Assembly (NCBI GenBank): GCA_965247115.1
Contig: CBDFGR010000003.1
Coordinates: 1,984,001-2,048,000 of the forward strand
DNA length: 64,000 bases
Reading direction: 5' to 3'
Origin: Myxococcota bacterium
Lineage (GTDB): Bacteria > Myxococcota_A > UBA9160 > SZUA-336
A model generated the notes under the pieces. That model saw only the letters and a list, made by a program, of their open reading frames with translations. It was not told where the DNA came from and searched no databases. Positions 28,570-37,353 of the stretch are shown piece after piece. The position numbers were made by a program, and so were the translations under genes. The stretch's first letter is position 1, and every line of letters starts with the position of its first letter.

Positions 28570-30260
28570 ACCGTGTAGCTCGTGCTGCGCAGGAGCGACC
28601 CGGGCAGCGCGCCGGTGCACTTGCCGTCCTCGAATGTCACCTCGCCGTTCACCAGCGTGTAGCGGTAGCCCTCGGATTTCCGGACCATGCGCGGGTCTCC
28701 CTCCGGAGTGTCGTCCTGGAGGATCAGCCCGCTGTAGCTCAGCTTCTCCAGCTCGTAGATGTTGATGTCCGCCACCATGCCCTCGCGCAGCAGACCGCGG
28801 TCGCGGTAGCCCATGATCCAGGCGGGAAGGGCGCTCAGCTTGTAGTGCGCCTCTTGCAGAGTCAGAACCCCCTTGTCGCGCGTCCAGTCGGCGAGAACGT
28901 AGGTGGGCCAGTGCGCCAGGGTCGTAAAGGCGTAGTGCGCTCCGCCATCGGAGAGGGCGGGGCACGTCGAGGGGGCCTTGAAGATGGCTGCGGTCGCCTC
29001 GTCGTTCGACGTGTTGAAGCCGGGCACGTCGAACTCGGTCTGCAGACCCTCGTCGATGGCCAGATCCAGGAAGGCGTCCACGGGGTGTGCGCCGGTCGCC
29101 TGCGCGATCTCGGTGACGCTCTTGCCCTCGTACTTGCGGTTGCGCTCTTCTGCGGCCTCGGCGACGAAGACGCGGTCCCACTCTCCGTGGAAGGACCCGA
29201 TCCCCTTGTCGATCTCCTGCTTCATCTTCTCACGCACTCCGGGTGCCTTCAGCTTGGCGATGCGCTCCTCCGCGCTGCCGATCATGGGCTCCACCCAGGC
29301 CGGAGTGCTGTCGAACAGGTTGAAGCTGGCCAGACGGAAGCGCAGGTCCGTGGGCACGGCCGCCTGTGCGTAGAGCGGGAGCCCCAGCTCGAGGTTCTCC
29401 TCGGACCAGGCGAGCTCCTCTCTCCACGGGTCGAGCGCGTCAACCTTGTGCTGGACCACGCCGCCCCAGTTCATCGGGCGGCCGCTGCGCCGGCAGAGCT
29501 CGCGCAGCAGCTCCTTCTCGCCGGGGCGCCCGCCTGCGGTCCAGCAGACCGAGCCGATCCCGTACTCGCCGATGATCTCGGCCAGGGCGAGGGCCTCGGC
29601 ATCCCCGCTCACGTGCGAGGGTATCCAACCGCCGTCCTCGGCGTGGTCCTCGGGGTTCTTGTGGAACGAGATGCCCCAGGCCCCGGCATCCATCGCCTCG
29701 CGGAAGAGTGTCTTCATCCTGTCGAGCTCTTCCGGCTTCATCTCGGAACGCGAGCGCGCCTCTTCGACTCCCATCACGTAGGTGCGCAGCGGCGTGATGG
29801 GGACCATGGACGCGACGTTGACGCCCAGCCCCTGGCGGTCGATGGTGTCGAGATACTCGGGGAAGGTCTCCCATTCCCAGCGCAGCCACTTGTCGAGGGA
29901 CTCGGGCGGCATGGCCATCACACGGCACAGCAGCCGGGTGACAGCGTCGTGATCTTCCGCTCTACAGGGCGCCCAGCCGAAGCCGCAGACTCCGATGCTG
30001 ACCGTGGTGACGCCGTGCCAGCCGACGGGCGTGCAATAGGGGTCCCAGCGGAGCTGGGCGTCGTAGTGCCCGTGGATCTCGACGAACCCCGGCGCCACGA
30101 TGCAGCCCGTGGCGTCGATCTCGCGCTTCGCGTCGCCTCGCACGCCGCCGATTGCGGCGATCATGCCGTTGCGGATGCCGAGGTCGGCCTTGTAGGGTGC
30201 GATCTGGCCGCTGCCATCGACGACGGTTCCGTTGCGGATGATCGAGTCGTAGCTGGGCAT
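28566..30260 (-). CDS. N-acyl-D-amino-acid deacylase-like amidohydrolase
   Basis: IIRNGTVVDGSG, PGFVEIHGHYD, HGVTTV, SDGGAH, RGLLREGMVAD. Start at ATG 30260 with GGGAG RBS. Confidence 0.87.
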   Translation of the reverse strand: MPSYDSIIRNGTVVDGSGQIAPYKADLGIRNGMIAAIGGVRGDAKREIDATGCIVAPGFVEIHGHYDAQLRWDPYCTPVGWHGVTTVSIGVCGFGWAPCRAEDHDAVTRLLCRVMAMPPESLDKWLRWEWETFPEYLDTIDRQGLGVNVASMVPITPLRTYVMGVEEARSRSEMKPEELDRMKTLFREAMDAGAWGISFHKNPEDHAEDGGWIPSHVSGDAEALALAEIIGEYGIGSVCWTAGGRPGEKELLRELCRRSGRPMNWGGVVQHKVDALDPWREELAWSEENLELGLPLYAQAAVPTDLRFRLASFNLFDSTPAWVEPMIGSAEERIAKLKAPGVREKMKQEIDKGIGSFHGEWDRVFVAEAAEERNRKYEGKSVTEIAQATGAHPVDAFLDLAIDEGLQTEFDVPGFNTSNDEATAAIFKAPSTCPALSDGGAHYAFTTLAHWPTYVLADWTRDKGVLTLQEAHYKLSALPAWIMGYRDRGLLREGMVADINIYELEKLSYSGLILQDDTPEGDPRMVRKSEGYRYTLVNGEVTFEDGKCTGALPGSLLRSTSYTV

Positions 30261-30278
30261 CTGGGTGCTCCCTGTCTC

Positions 30279-30330
30279 GTGAGACACGCACCATACTAGA
30301 TGTGGTGAGACACGGATCATACTACATGGG
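30279..30330. repeat. Imperfect 26-bp tandem duplication in the promoter region of the deacylase gene
   Basis: GTGAGACACGCACCATACTAGATGTG / GTGAGACACGGATCATACTACATGGG (22/26 identical); overlaps the palindrome TGTCTC-N2-GAGACA at 30273-30286. Confidence 0.7.
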
Positions 30331-30691
30331 TGCCGGCGTCAACTACTCTTGCCGGTGGACGCTAACGATTTCTTCCGGTTCTTCCTCCCTCCTTTCCTCT
30401 TCCCTTCAGTAGGTTGGATCGTCAGTCTCGATCGCCGAGCCTCATCGGTGCGATAGCTCGGTAAGTCTCAAGGAAGCAGCTGTCCGAGCTTCTCTTCTTC
30501 CACCCGGACAGGACAGTGGATGTAGCAGTCCTCTGGGCAGACAAGCTGTTCGCGGAAGCGTTCAAGGCGAACCCGAACGCTGCTCCCATCATGGGTTCCG
30601 CTACTAGCGCGTTCGCGCATCATTCGAGTTTTCTCCTCCCCGCCCATGAGATACTCGCGCCCAACTGGAATTGGGAGACGGGGACCTAAGA

Positions 30692-31807
30692 TTGACAACC
30701 AGTCGACGTGAATTCTTGAAGACCGCTGTCGCCCTGCCCGCCGCTCTGCAGCTAGGCGCAGCGCAAGTGGGCGCGCAAGAGGCCACGGGCCAGAAGAAGT
30801 TCCGGCGCATCGCGCTGGAGGAGGCGTTCATCACGCCGGAGCTGTACGCGGCGTGGCGAAAACGCGGCGAGAAGGGGTGGGACGACGAGCCCGGATTTCA
30901 AGGCCTCGCTCCGATCCACTTCGACGACTCGCCGGGAGCCAAACTGATCCAGCAGCGCCTGATCGACGTCGGTGAGCTCCGAATCGAGGAGATGGATGCC
31001 ACCGGGGTCGACGTACACGTGGTATCGCTCACCGCACCGGGTGTCCAGATCCTGGACAAGCAGCCCGCGGTCGATCAGGCCAAGATCGCCAACGATACCC
31101 TCAGCGCGGCCGTAGCAGTCAACCCCGACCGCTTCGCCGGACTGGCTGCTGTGGCACCGCAGGCGCCGGCCGAAGCGGCGCGCGAGCTCGAACGGGGCGT
31201 GAAGCAGCTCGGCTTGCGCGGCGCCATCATCAATTCCCATACCTATGGCGAGTATCTCGACGATGAAAAATTCTGGCCGATCTTCGAGACCGCTGAATCC
31301 CTCGACGTGCCGATCTATCTGCACCCGCGCACGCCCTCGCCCGCCATGCTCCAGCCTTTCCTGAAGTACGGACTCGAATTTGCCACCTGGGGTTTCAAAG
31401 CCGAGACCGGCCTGCACGCGCTGCGTCTAATTTACGGAGGCGTGTTCGACAAGTATCCCAGCCTGACGATCATTCTGGGCCACATGGGCGAAGGCATCCC
31501 ATTCTGGTTGCAGCGCATCGACAACCGCTACCAGCTGCAGGTGAGGCTCGGCCAGATCAAGGCACTGAACATGAATCCCAGCGAGTATTTCAAGCGGAAC
31601 TTCATGATCACGACCAGTGGTGTGAACTTCCACCCGGCGCTCAAGCTCTCCCACGAAGTGCTCGGTGCCGACCGGATCATGTGGGCGATCGACTACCCTT
31701 ACGAGTCATCCAAGGACTCCGTGGAGTTCATGGATAGCGCCCCATTCCCCGCGGAAGACGTGCAGAAAATCTACGCCGGCAACGCGGAGCGTCTGCTGAA
31801 ACTCTAG
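30692..31807 (+). CDS. Amidohydrolase_2 family aromatic-acid decarboxylase (LigW-like) with Tat signal
   Basis: SRREFLK Tat motif, RIALEEAF, SLTAPGVQ, YLHP, GHMGE, IDYPYE. Start at TTG 30692 or 30671. Confidence 0.85.
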   Translation: MTTSRREFLKTAVALPAALQLGAAQVGAQEATGQKKFRRIALEEAFITPELYAAWRKRGEKGWDDEPGFQGLAPIHFDDSPGAKLIQQRLIDVGELRIEEMDATGVDVHVVSLTAPGVQILDKQPAVDQAKIANDTLSAAVAVNPDRFAGLAAVAPQAPAEAARELERGVKQLGLRGAIINSHTYGEYLDDEKFWPIFETAESLDVPIYLHPRTPSPAMLQPFLKYGLEFATWGFKAETGLHALRLIYGGVFDKYPSLTIILGHMGEGIPFWLQRIDNRYQLQVRLGQIKALNMNPSEYFKRNFMITTSGVNFHPALKLSHEVLGADRIMWAIDYPYESSKDSVEFMDSAPFPAEDVQKIYAGNAERLLKL

Positions 31808-31885
31808 GGAGAGAATCCCGACCCGCTCAATATTCGCCCCGAGTGTAGAACGTCCCGACGCTTCGACCCGTGTTCCCCTGGTTTT

Positions 31886-32064
31886 GCAGGCCGCTCTCTG
31901 GAGAGCGCTTGGCGCCAAAGGCCTGCCCGCGAGTGAGGATACGAACTCGCTCGCAGCTGAGAAGCTGGCTGTCGACCTTCTGGAAGTGATGGGGACAGCA
32001 GGCGAGCTTCCATGGAGACCGGAGCTCTGAGCTGAGTGCGAACTCTCCCTAGCATAGGGAGTTC
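31886..32064. other. Dense cluster of predicted stem-loops in a convergent intergenic region (candidate structured RNA or MITE)
   Basis: Six consecutive inverted repeats, including CAGCT-GAGA-AGCTG; CTAGGGAGAG (31804-31813) is inverted at 32043-32052. Confidence 0.4.
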
Positions 32065-32164
32065 CACGAGATCCGACTTTCGGGCTACCTACTCGACGGT
32101 CCGCGTCGTGGAAGCGTTCGACTTTGGGGCTCGCCCGGGTCTGCCGAGTCGCGCCCAGGCGGGA

Positions 32165-32593
32165 TCAGGACGTCTGCGCCTTCAGCGCGTCGAGGCCAGC
32201 CTGAGAGCAGGCGACGTCCTGCTCGACGGAACCGCCTCCCGCTCCGATGCCGCCGACGACCTCGCCGTCGATCACCACCGGAAGCCCGCCGCCGACCATC
32301 GTCGCCCTCGAGAAGTGCGACAAGCCCACAACCAGGGACTGGTCGTCCTTGAGCATCTGGTAGAGATCCTCCGTGCCCATACCAAAGAGCGCGGTGAATG
32401 CCTTGCGTTGACACCCCTCGACCCCCAGGAGTATGGCCCCGTCCATTCGACCGAACGCCTTGAGATTCCCGCCTTCGTCGACCACGGCAACGTTCTGTTT
32501 GCAGCCGAGCTGTTCGGCCCTTTCGATCGCCGCAGCGACCATCACTGTGGCCGCTTCATAAGAAAGGGCGCGCTTGGAAAAAGTCTGAGCCAT
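32165..32593 (-). CDS. GlcG/HbpS family haem-binding protein
   Basis: VAVVDEGGNL..F.RMDGA, KAFTA, GGGLPV, GGIGAGG..EQD; AGGAG RBS. Confidence 0.88.
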   Translation of the reverse strand: MAQTFSKRALSYEAATVMVAAAIERAEQLGCKQNVAVVDEGGNLKAFGRMDGAILLGVEGCQRKAFTALFGMGTEDLYQMLKDDQSLVVGLSHFSRATMVGGGLPVVIDGEVVGGIGAGGGSVEQDVACSQAGLDALKAQTS

Positions 32594-32621
32594 CAAAGGT
32601 TCTCCTGTGCTCCGCCGTCCT

Positions 32622-32673
32622 TGGTGGGCTCTCTATTCTACTGGACTCGAACCAGGGACCAACCGGTTATGAG
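32622..32673 (-). other. 3' fragment of a tRNA with CAT anticodon (Ile2/Met type), probable att-site scar
   Basis: Minus strand reads CTCATAA-CCGGT-TGGTC-CCTGG-TTCGAGT-CCAG-(TAGAATAGA)-GAGCCC-ACCA: anticodon loop, T-arm and CCA end, with no 5' half. Confidence 0.7.
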
Positions 32674-32792
32674 CTCGGGTCAGCGCTCGCGCTCAGCCGA
32701 GGCGCCCTGCCAACGACCCTCCGACCGATTGGTTAGAGTGACCTCCGACTTCTTGCCTACGTAATAAAACGTCGCCCTAAAGTCACCGGTAG

Positions 32793-32835
32793 ATCAGCTA
32801 CTTACGGTGTCGAACCGCTACGGTACCGCTACGGG
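32793..32835. repeat. IHF-like site plus tandem direct repeat (integrase arm-type site-like) beside the tRNA-Pro 3' end
   Basis: ATCAGCTACTTA at 32793-32804; ACCGCTACGG twice at 32814-32823 and 32825-32834. Confidence 0.45.
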
Positions 32836-32888
32836 TTCCGAGCCAGCGGGTCTCAGACGCCCAGTACACGCGGCGAGTGACACGGTTC

Positions 32889-32965
32889 TGGTCGGGGCGG
32901 CCGGATTTGAACCGGCGACTTCTTGCTCCCGAAGCAAGCGCGCTACCAGGCTGCGCTACGCCCCG
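32889..32965 (-). tRNA. tRNA-Pro (anticodon CGG)
   Basis: CGGGGCGTAGCGCAGCCTGGTAGCGCGCTTGCTTCGGGAGCAAGAAGTCGCCGGTTCAAATCCGGCCGCCCCGACCA folds as a cloverleaf with encoded CCA. Confidence 0.97.
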
Positions 32966-33001
32966 ATGAGGGAGGCTCGAAACGGGCTCGGAGTCTAGCG
33001 A

Positions 33002-34894
33002 CTATTCCTGGAAGGCGCGCAGGACCCGGGCTCTGCTGGGGTGCCGGAGCTTGCGAAGGGCTTTGGCCTCGATCTGGCGGATGCGCTCGCGGGTCACCGA
33101 GAAGTCCTGGCCGACCTCTTCCAGCGTGTGGTTCGAACGCTCGCCGATGCCGAAGCGCATCTTGAGCACCTTCTCCTCGCGCGGGGTGAGCGTCGAGAGC
33201 ACCTTGAGCGTGTGCTCGGCGAGATTGCGCTGCATGACCTCGTCTGTCACCGACACGCGCTTATCGTCTTTCAGGAAGTCTCCGAGGTGGCTGTCGTCGT
33301 CCTCCCCGATCGGCGTCTCGAGCGAGATCGGCTCTCGCGTGATCTTGAGGACCATCTGGACCTTCTCCATGCTCATTTCCATCTCGGCCGCGATCTCTTC
33401 GGACATCGGCTCGCGACCCATCTTCTGCACGAGGTAGCGCTGCGCCCGCACGAGCTTGTTCATCGTCTCGATCATGTGTACCGGGATACGGATGGTCTTG
33501 GCCTGATCCGCGATGGCGCGCGTGATGGCCTGACGGATCCACCAGGTGGCGTAGGTCGAGAACTTGTAGCCGCGGCGCCACTCGAACTTGTCGACGGCCT
33601 TCATCAGGCCGATGTTCCCCTCCTGAATCAGGTCCAGGAACTGCAGACCCCGATTCGTGTACTTCTTCGCGATCGACACAACCAGGCGGAGATTCGCCTC
33701 GATCAGCTCGCTCTTGGCTTGGCGTGCGCGCTCCCGATCGGCGCTGATGTGCTCGAGGCAGTCCACGGCCTCCTCGCGCGTACAGTGAAGCTCCGCTTCC
33801 AGCTTTCGGACGCGCCTTTGTGCTGCGGTCACCTCCTTCTCGGTGATCAAGATCGCTTCCGCGTTCCCACCGAGGCGGGCGAGCGCCTTCTTGCCTGGTA
33901 CGGAGCGCCGTCGCGACTGCGCAGCGAGCTGCAGGAACTCGTCGCCGTCGGACTGTTTGTAGGGCTTGAGGATGCGGGTCACGATATCGCGCTGATCGTT
34001 GATCTCGGCAACGAAACCCTCGATCGAGCTGATCCGACGCCAGATGAAGGGCTTCACCAGACCGGTGCGGCGAACGCGCGCGGCATGACGCGTGCGGATC
34101 TCATCGACCTCGGCAGCGATTCGCTCGCGCGTCTCTTCACCGGTGCGTCTGTTCGAGAGCACGCGTTGCCGCTTGGCGACTTCCGTTTGGGACCGGCGGA
34201 GCTGGGTCAGAGCCTGGAGCAGCCTTGCTCGTTTGTCATCGAGCGTCTCCGGGTCACCCTCTGCGATCTGCGGAAAGAGATCCCGCACCTCTCGGTCGCC
34301 CTTACGGATCGCGTCGCCGACCTCGAGCAGCTCAGCGACTGCGATGGGCGACTTCAGCACGCGTGCGAGCGCATCCTCTTCACCGGACTCGATACGCTTT
34401 GCGATCACGACCTCGCCTTCGCGGGTCAGCAGGGACACCGCTCCCATCTCGCGCAGATAGACGCGCACGGGATCGTTGGAGCGGTAGCTCTCGTAGTCGT
34501 CGCCGTTGGAGCGCCGGCGGGGCTCCGGCTTGCGGGTTACCACCGGCGGCTCCCAGTTCTGGAGAACGACGCTGTGCCGCCGGAACAGCGCAACGACCTC
34601 TTCGAGACGCTCAGGCGACTTCAGCATCCGCTCGGGTAACGCCTTTAGGAGCTGCGCCCCATCGGCGTGTCCGGACTCCTTCCCCTTGCGGAGTAGCTGA
34701 CGCAGGCTGGGGCTGCTCTGCCTGACCTCGGGCTTCCCGTCCGCGGCCACGGCAGCCCCGTTGCGCTTGCTGGCGAGTGGGCCGCTCGCCTCTTGCACCG
34801 TCCCTCTGGCCCGTGTCGTCTTCTGGGCCTTCGCTACCCTGGGACGCTTCGTGGGCTGCGACTTGCGCTTGGTCGGGGGGGTGATGGTCGGCAT
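33002..34894 (-). CDS. rpoD: RNA polymerase primary sigma factor
   Basis: [58 protein letters not shown] 34894 follows AAGGAG. Confidence 0.96.
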   Translation of the reverse strand: MPTITPPTKRKSQPTKRPRVAKAQKTTRARGTVQEASGPLASKRNGAAVAADGKPEVRQSSPSLRQLLRKGKESGHADGAQLLKALPERMLKSPERLEEVVALFRRHSVVLQNWEPPVVTRKPEPRRRSNGDDYESYRSNDPVRVYLREMGAVSLLTREGEVVIAKRIESGEEDALARVLKSPIAVAELLEVGDAIRKGDREVRDLFPQIAEGDPETLDDKRARLLQALTQLRRSQTEVAKRQRVLSNRRTGEETRERIAAEVDEIRTRHAARVRRTGLVKPFIWRRISSIEGFVAEINDQRDIVTRILKPYKQSDGDEFLQLAAQSRRRSVPGKKALARLGGNAEAILITEKEVTAAQRRVRKLEAELHCTREEAVDCLEHISADRERARQAKSELIEANLRLVVSIAKKYTNRGLQFLDLIQEGNIGLMKAVDKFEWRRGYKFSTYATWWIRQAITRAIADQAKTIRIPVHMIETMNKLVRAQRYLVQKMGREPMSEEIAAEMEMSMEKVQMVLKITREPISLETPIGEDDDSHLGDFLKDDKRVSVTDEVMQRNLAEHTLKVLSTLTPREEKVLKMRFGIGERSNHTLEEVGQDFSVTRERIRQIEAKALRKLRHPSRARVLRAFQE

Positions 34895-34905
34895 GGGGGG
34901 GGGGG
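34895..34905. repeat. G11/C11 homopolymer between the rpoD SD sequence and start codon
   Basis: Minus strand reads AAGGAG-TT-C11-ATG. Confidence 0.85.
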
Positions 34906-34934
34906 AACTCCTTACTCCATAACGGTGGTAAAGG

Positions 34935-36716
34935 TTAGACCTGCTGAACCTGGCTCCAGAGCTCGCGCCTCTGCGCCATGTAACGCTGCTGCTCCTCCAG
35001 GAGCTCGGAGACCTGATCCGAATCACTGCAGGATTCAAGCCGGACACGAAGGCCCTTGAGCTTGCCATCCAGCCAGCGGCGGCCGAGCTGCGCCACGCAG
35101 TCCCGAGCGGCGCGCTCCGCTGCCATCCGGTCCTCCGGCTCGTGCTTGAGCAGGATCTCGGGCAGCACTGCCTTCAGGCGTTCGCCGATCTCACGCGCCT
35201 CGGGCGTGACCAGCTGAGCAGCCGCATTGGAGCCGTGGGTCCGCGTCGCCGCCGCCAGCGCGAGGATGAGCTCGCTGCCGTCGAGGTCGTGAAGCCACTC
35301 GGGGTCGAGCTGATCCAGAACCCCAAGCGTGTCTATGGGAAACGCCCCCAGGGCACCGAGCAGGTCGCGTAGAGCCGGGGCAAGCTCGATTGGTCGGGCC
35401 GGCTCGGTGACGGGGCGGGCCTCTGGCTGGGGTCCGGGTGCAGGCCCGTTCGCAGGTTCCTCGAGCGACCGCTCGAGGGCAGCGGGGGGGATCTCCAGGC
35501 TGCTCGACACTTGGCGGACGTAGGCGGCCCGCTCGACCGCATCCGGGACCGCACGCAGGTAGGGAGCGATCTCCCGCACGACGTCGCCCGCGGCCCAAGC
35601 GTGATCTGATGCTTTTACGAGCGCGCGGTCGATCAGCGCATCGAGCAAGGGCACAGCACGCTCCACGCAGCTCTGCAGAGCGGCGGGACCCGAAGCGTTG
35701 AGAAGGTCGTCCGGGTCCTGGCCCGCGGGCAGGAAGGCGCTGCGCACGCGCAGACCCTCCGCCAGCAAACCGGGCAAGCCGCGTTCCGCCGCCCGCTGGC
35801 CAGCGGAGTCGCCATCGAACAGGAGTACGACCTCCTGGGCGTAGCGCCGCAGGCGCCTCGCGTGCTCGGTCGTGAGAGCGGTGCCACAGGGTGCCACGGC
35901 CTCCTCGATGCCGGCCCGGTGGAGAGCGATCAGATCGAAGTACCCCTCCACTACGATCACGCGCCCGTTCTTGCGGATGGAGTCGAGCGCCAGAGGTAGC
36001 CCGAACAGGACGCGGCTCTTGCGGTAGACGGGGCTCTCGGGCGAGTTCAGGTACTTGGGCGTGTCGTCCGGGCCGAGTCCGCGCCCGCCGAAGCCGAGCA
36101 CATTCCCCGCGGGCTCCTTGATGGGGAAGACGATCCGATTGCGAAAGCGATCGTAGTGACCCTCTCCGCTCTGGCTCTTCGCGACCAGGCCGGCCCGCTC
36201 TGCGTCAGCCAGACCGTTCCGACCCAGATGCTCCACCAGCCCTCGCGGCGGCGCGTACCCGAGCTCGAAGCGTTCGATCAGCTCGTTGGAGATGCCGCGC
36301 CGCTCGAGATACTCGCGCGCCCGAGCCCCCCTGGCCGCGTGGAGCTGCGAGCGGAAGTACTCGAGTGCTGCGTCATTCGCGCGGTAGAGCGCGCGAGTAC
36401 GTTCGCCCGACCCCGCGTCACCCTCGGGGATGTCGATCCCGAGCTCCCGAGCCAGAACGCGCACCGTGTCGGGAAAGTCGAGGGCGCCATGACGCATGCA
36501 GAACCCGAAGACGTCACCACCGGCCTGACAGCCAAAACAGTAAAAAACCTGCCGCTCTCGGTGAACGGTAAAGGAGGGTGTCTTCTCCTCGTGAAAAGGA
36601 CACAGTCCCCAGAGTCGGTTCCCCGACTCCTTGAGGGTCACGTGGCGGCCGACGATCTGCACGATGTCGGCGCGCGCGCGAACCTCTTCCACAACCTGCT
36701 CTGGGATCCGCGCCAC
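34935..36716 (-). CDS. dnaG: DNA primase
   Basis: CPFH..CFGC zinc finger, KYLNSPE, VEGYFD, FDGD TOPRIM motifs. GTG start after GGAGGGA. Confidence 0.96.
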   Translation of the reverse strand: MARIPEQVVEEVRARADIVQIVGRHVTLKESGNRLWGLCPFHEEKTPSFTVHRERQVFYCFGCQAGGDVFGFCMRHGALDFPDTVRVLARELGIDIPEGDAGSGERTRALYRANDAALEYFRSQLHAARGARAREYLERRGISNELIERFELGYAPPRGLVEHLGRNGLADAERAGLVAKSQSGEGHYDRFRNRIVFPIKEPAGNVLGFGGRGLGPDDTPKYLNSPESPVYRKSRVLFGLPLALDSIRKNGRVIVVEGYFDLIALHRAGIEEAVAPCGTALTTEHARRLRRYAQEVVLLFDGDSAGQRAAERGLPGLLAEGLRVRSAFLPAGQDPDDLLNASGPAALQSCVERAVPLLDALIDRALVKASDHAWAAGDVVREIAPYLRAVPDAVERAAYVRQVSSSLEIPPAALERSLEEPANGPAPGPQPEARPVTEPARPIELAPALRDLLGALGAFPIDTLGVLDQLDPEWLHDLDGSELILALAAATRTHGSNAAAQLVTPEAREIGERLKAVLPEILLKHEPEDRMAAERAARDCVAQLGRRWLDGKLKGLRVRLESCSDSDQVSELLEEQQRYMAQRRELWSQVQQV

Positions 36717-36761
36717 TCCCTCCCTAACCCCTCGTTTCTTCACTCGGTCAGTTGGGACGAC

Positions 36762-36796
36762 TCGGGCCCGACGCAGCACTGCTGCGCCGGGCCCGA
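36762..36796 (-). promoter_or_regulatory. Strong stem-loop between rpsU and dnaG (attenuator or processing signal)
   Basis: TCGGGCCCGGCGCAGC-AGT-GCTGCGTCGGGCCCGA; no 3' U-tract. Confidence 0.55.
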
Positions 36797-36804
36797 CGAA
36801 AAAC

Positions 36805-36999
36805 TCACCTTGCTGCTCGCGCCTTCTTCAACGCCCGCTTTCGAGCAGCCATCGCCTTCTTTTTCTTTCTGACGCTGGGCTTCTCGTAGCGCTCGCGCTT
36901 CCTGAGCTCATACATCAATCCGGCCTTCTCGCACTGCTTCTTGAAGCGCTTGAGAGCGCCCTCGAACGACTCGTTCTCTTTGAGCTTCAGACCAGGCAG
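36805..36999 (-). CDS. rpsU: 30S ribosomal protein S21 (CTG start)
   Basis: (M)[47 protein letters not shown]...; GGAGGAG 6 nt before CTG. Missed by the ORF track. Confidence 0.93.
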   Translation of the reverse strand: MPGLKLKENESFEGALKRFKKQCEKAGLMYELRKRERYEKPSVRKKKKAMAARKRALKKARAAR

Positions 37000-37054
37000 A
37001 ACGGACTCCTCCCCTGAGTGCGACGGCCGCTATCGCGAAGAACGCAACCGACTG

Positions 37055-37082
37055 TGTATAGACCACTCGCCCCGGCCATCAA
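37055..37082 (-). promoter_or_regulatory. Putative sigma70 promoter of rpsU-dnaG-rpoD
   Basis: TTGATG-N16-TATACA. Confidence 0.45.
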
Positions 37083-37353
37083 CCCTCCCGGGGTAGCGAT
37101 CCCACCGAATGCTGGGGGCGCCTGCATTGCACCGCCGCCCCCGGAACCGCCTTCTGGGATCGCGGCTCCTCACAGAAAACTGCTTATTTTTCAACCACTT
37201 ACCTTGGGTCGGTCGCGGAGGAAGAACCTAGCACACCCGTTTCCGCACGCGCAACACGGCACCCCGTCCCCGCGGCGAGTGGTCCGACCAGCTGTCTGCC
37301 GGAAAGTGGCCACGGGGCGCTCAGGTTGGACCAGGCACACCGGTCGCGCGGCC

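Noticed and set aside
30400..30698. Small ORFs in the intergenic gap (76-aa minus-strand ORF; + strand FFHPDRTVDVAVL fragment resembling a trypsin-like motif)
   Set aside because: No convincing start/RBS or complete domain; at best a decayed gene fragment.
36762..36796. Intrinsic terminator after rpsU
   Set aside because: Strong stem but no 3' U-tract in the transcribed direction; kept only as a generic regulatory stem-loop.
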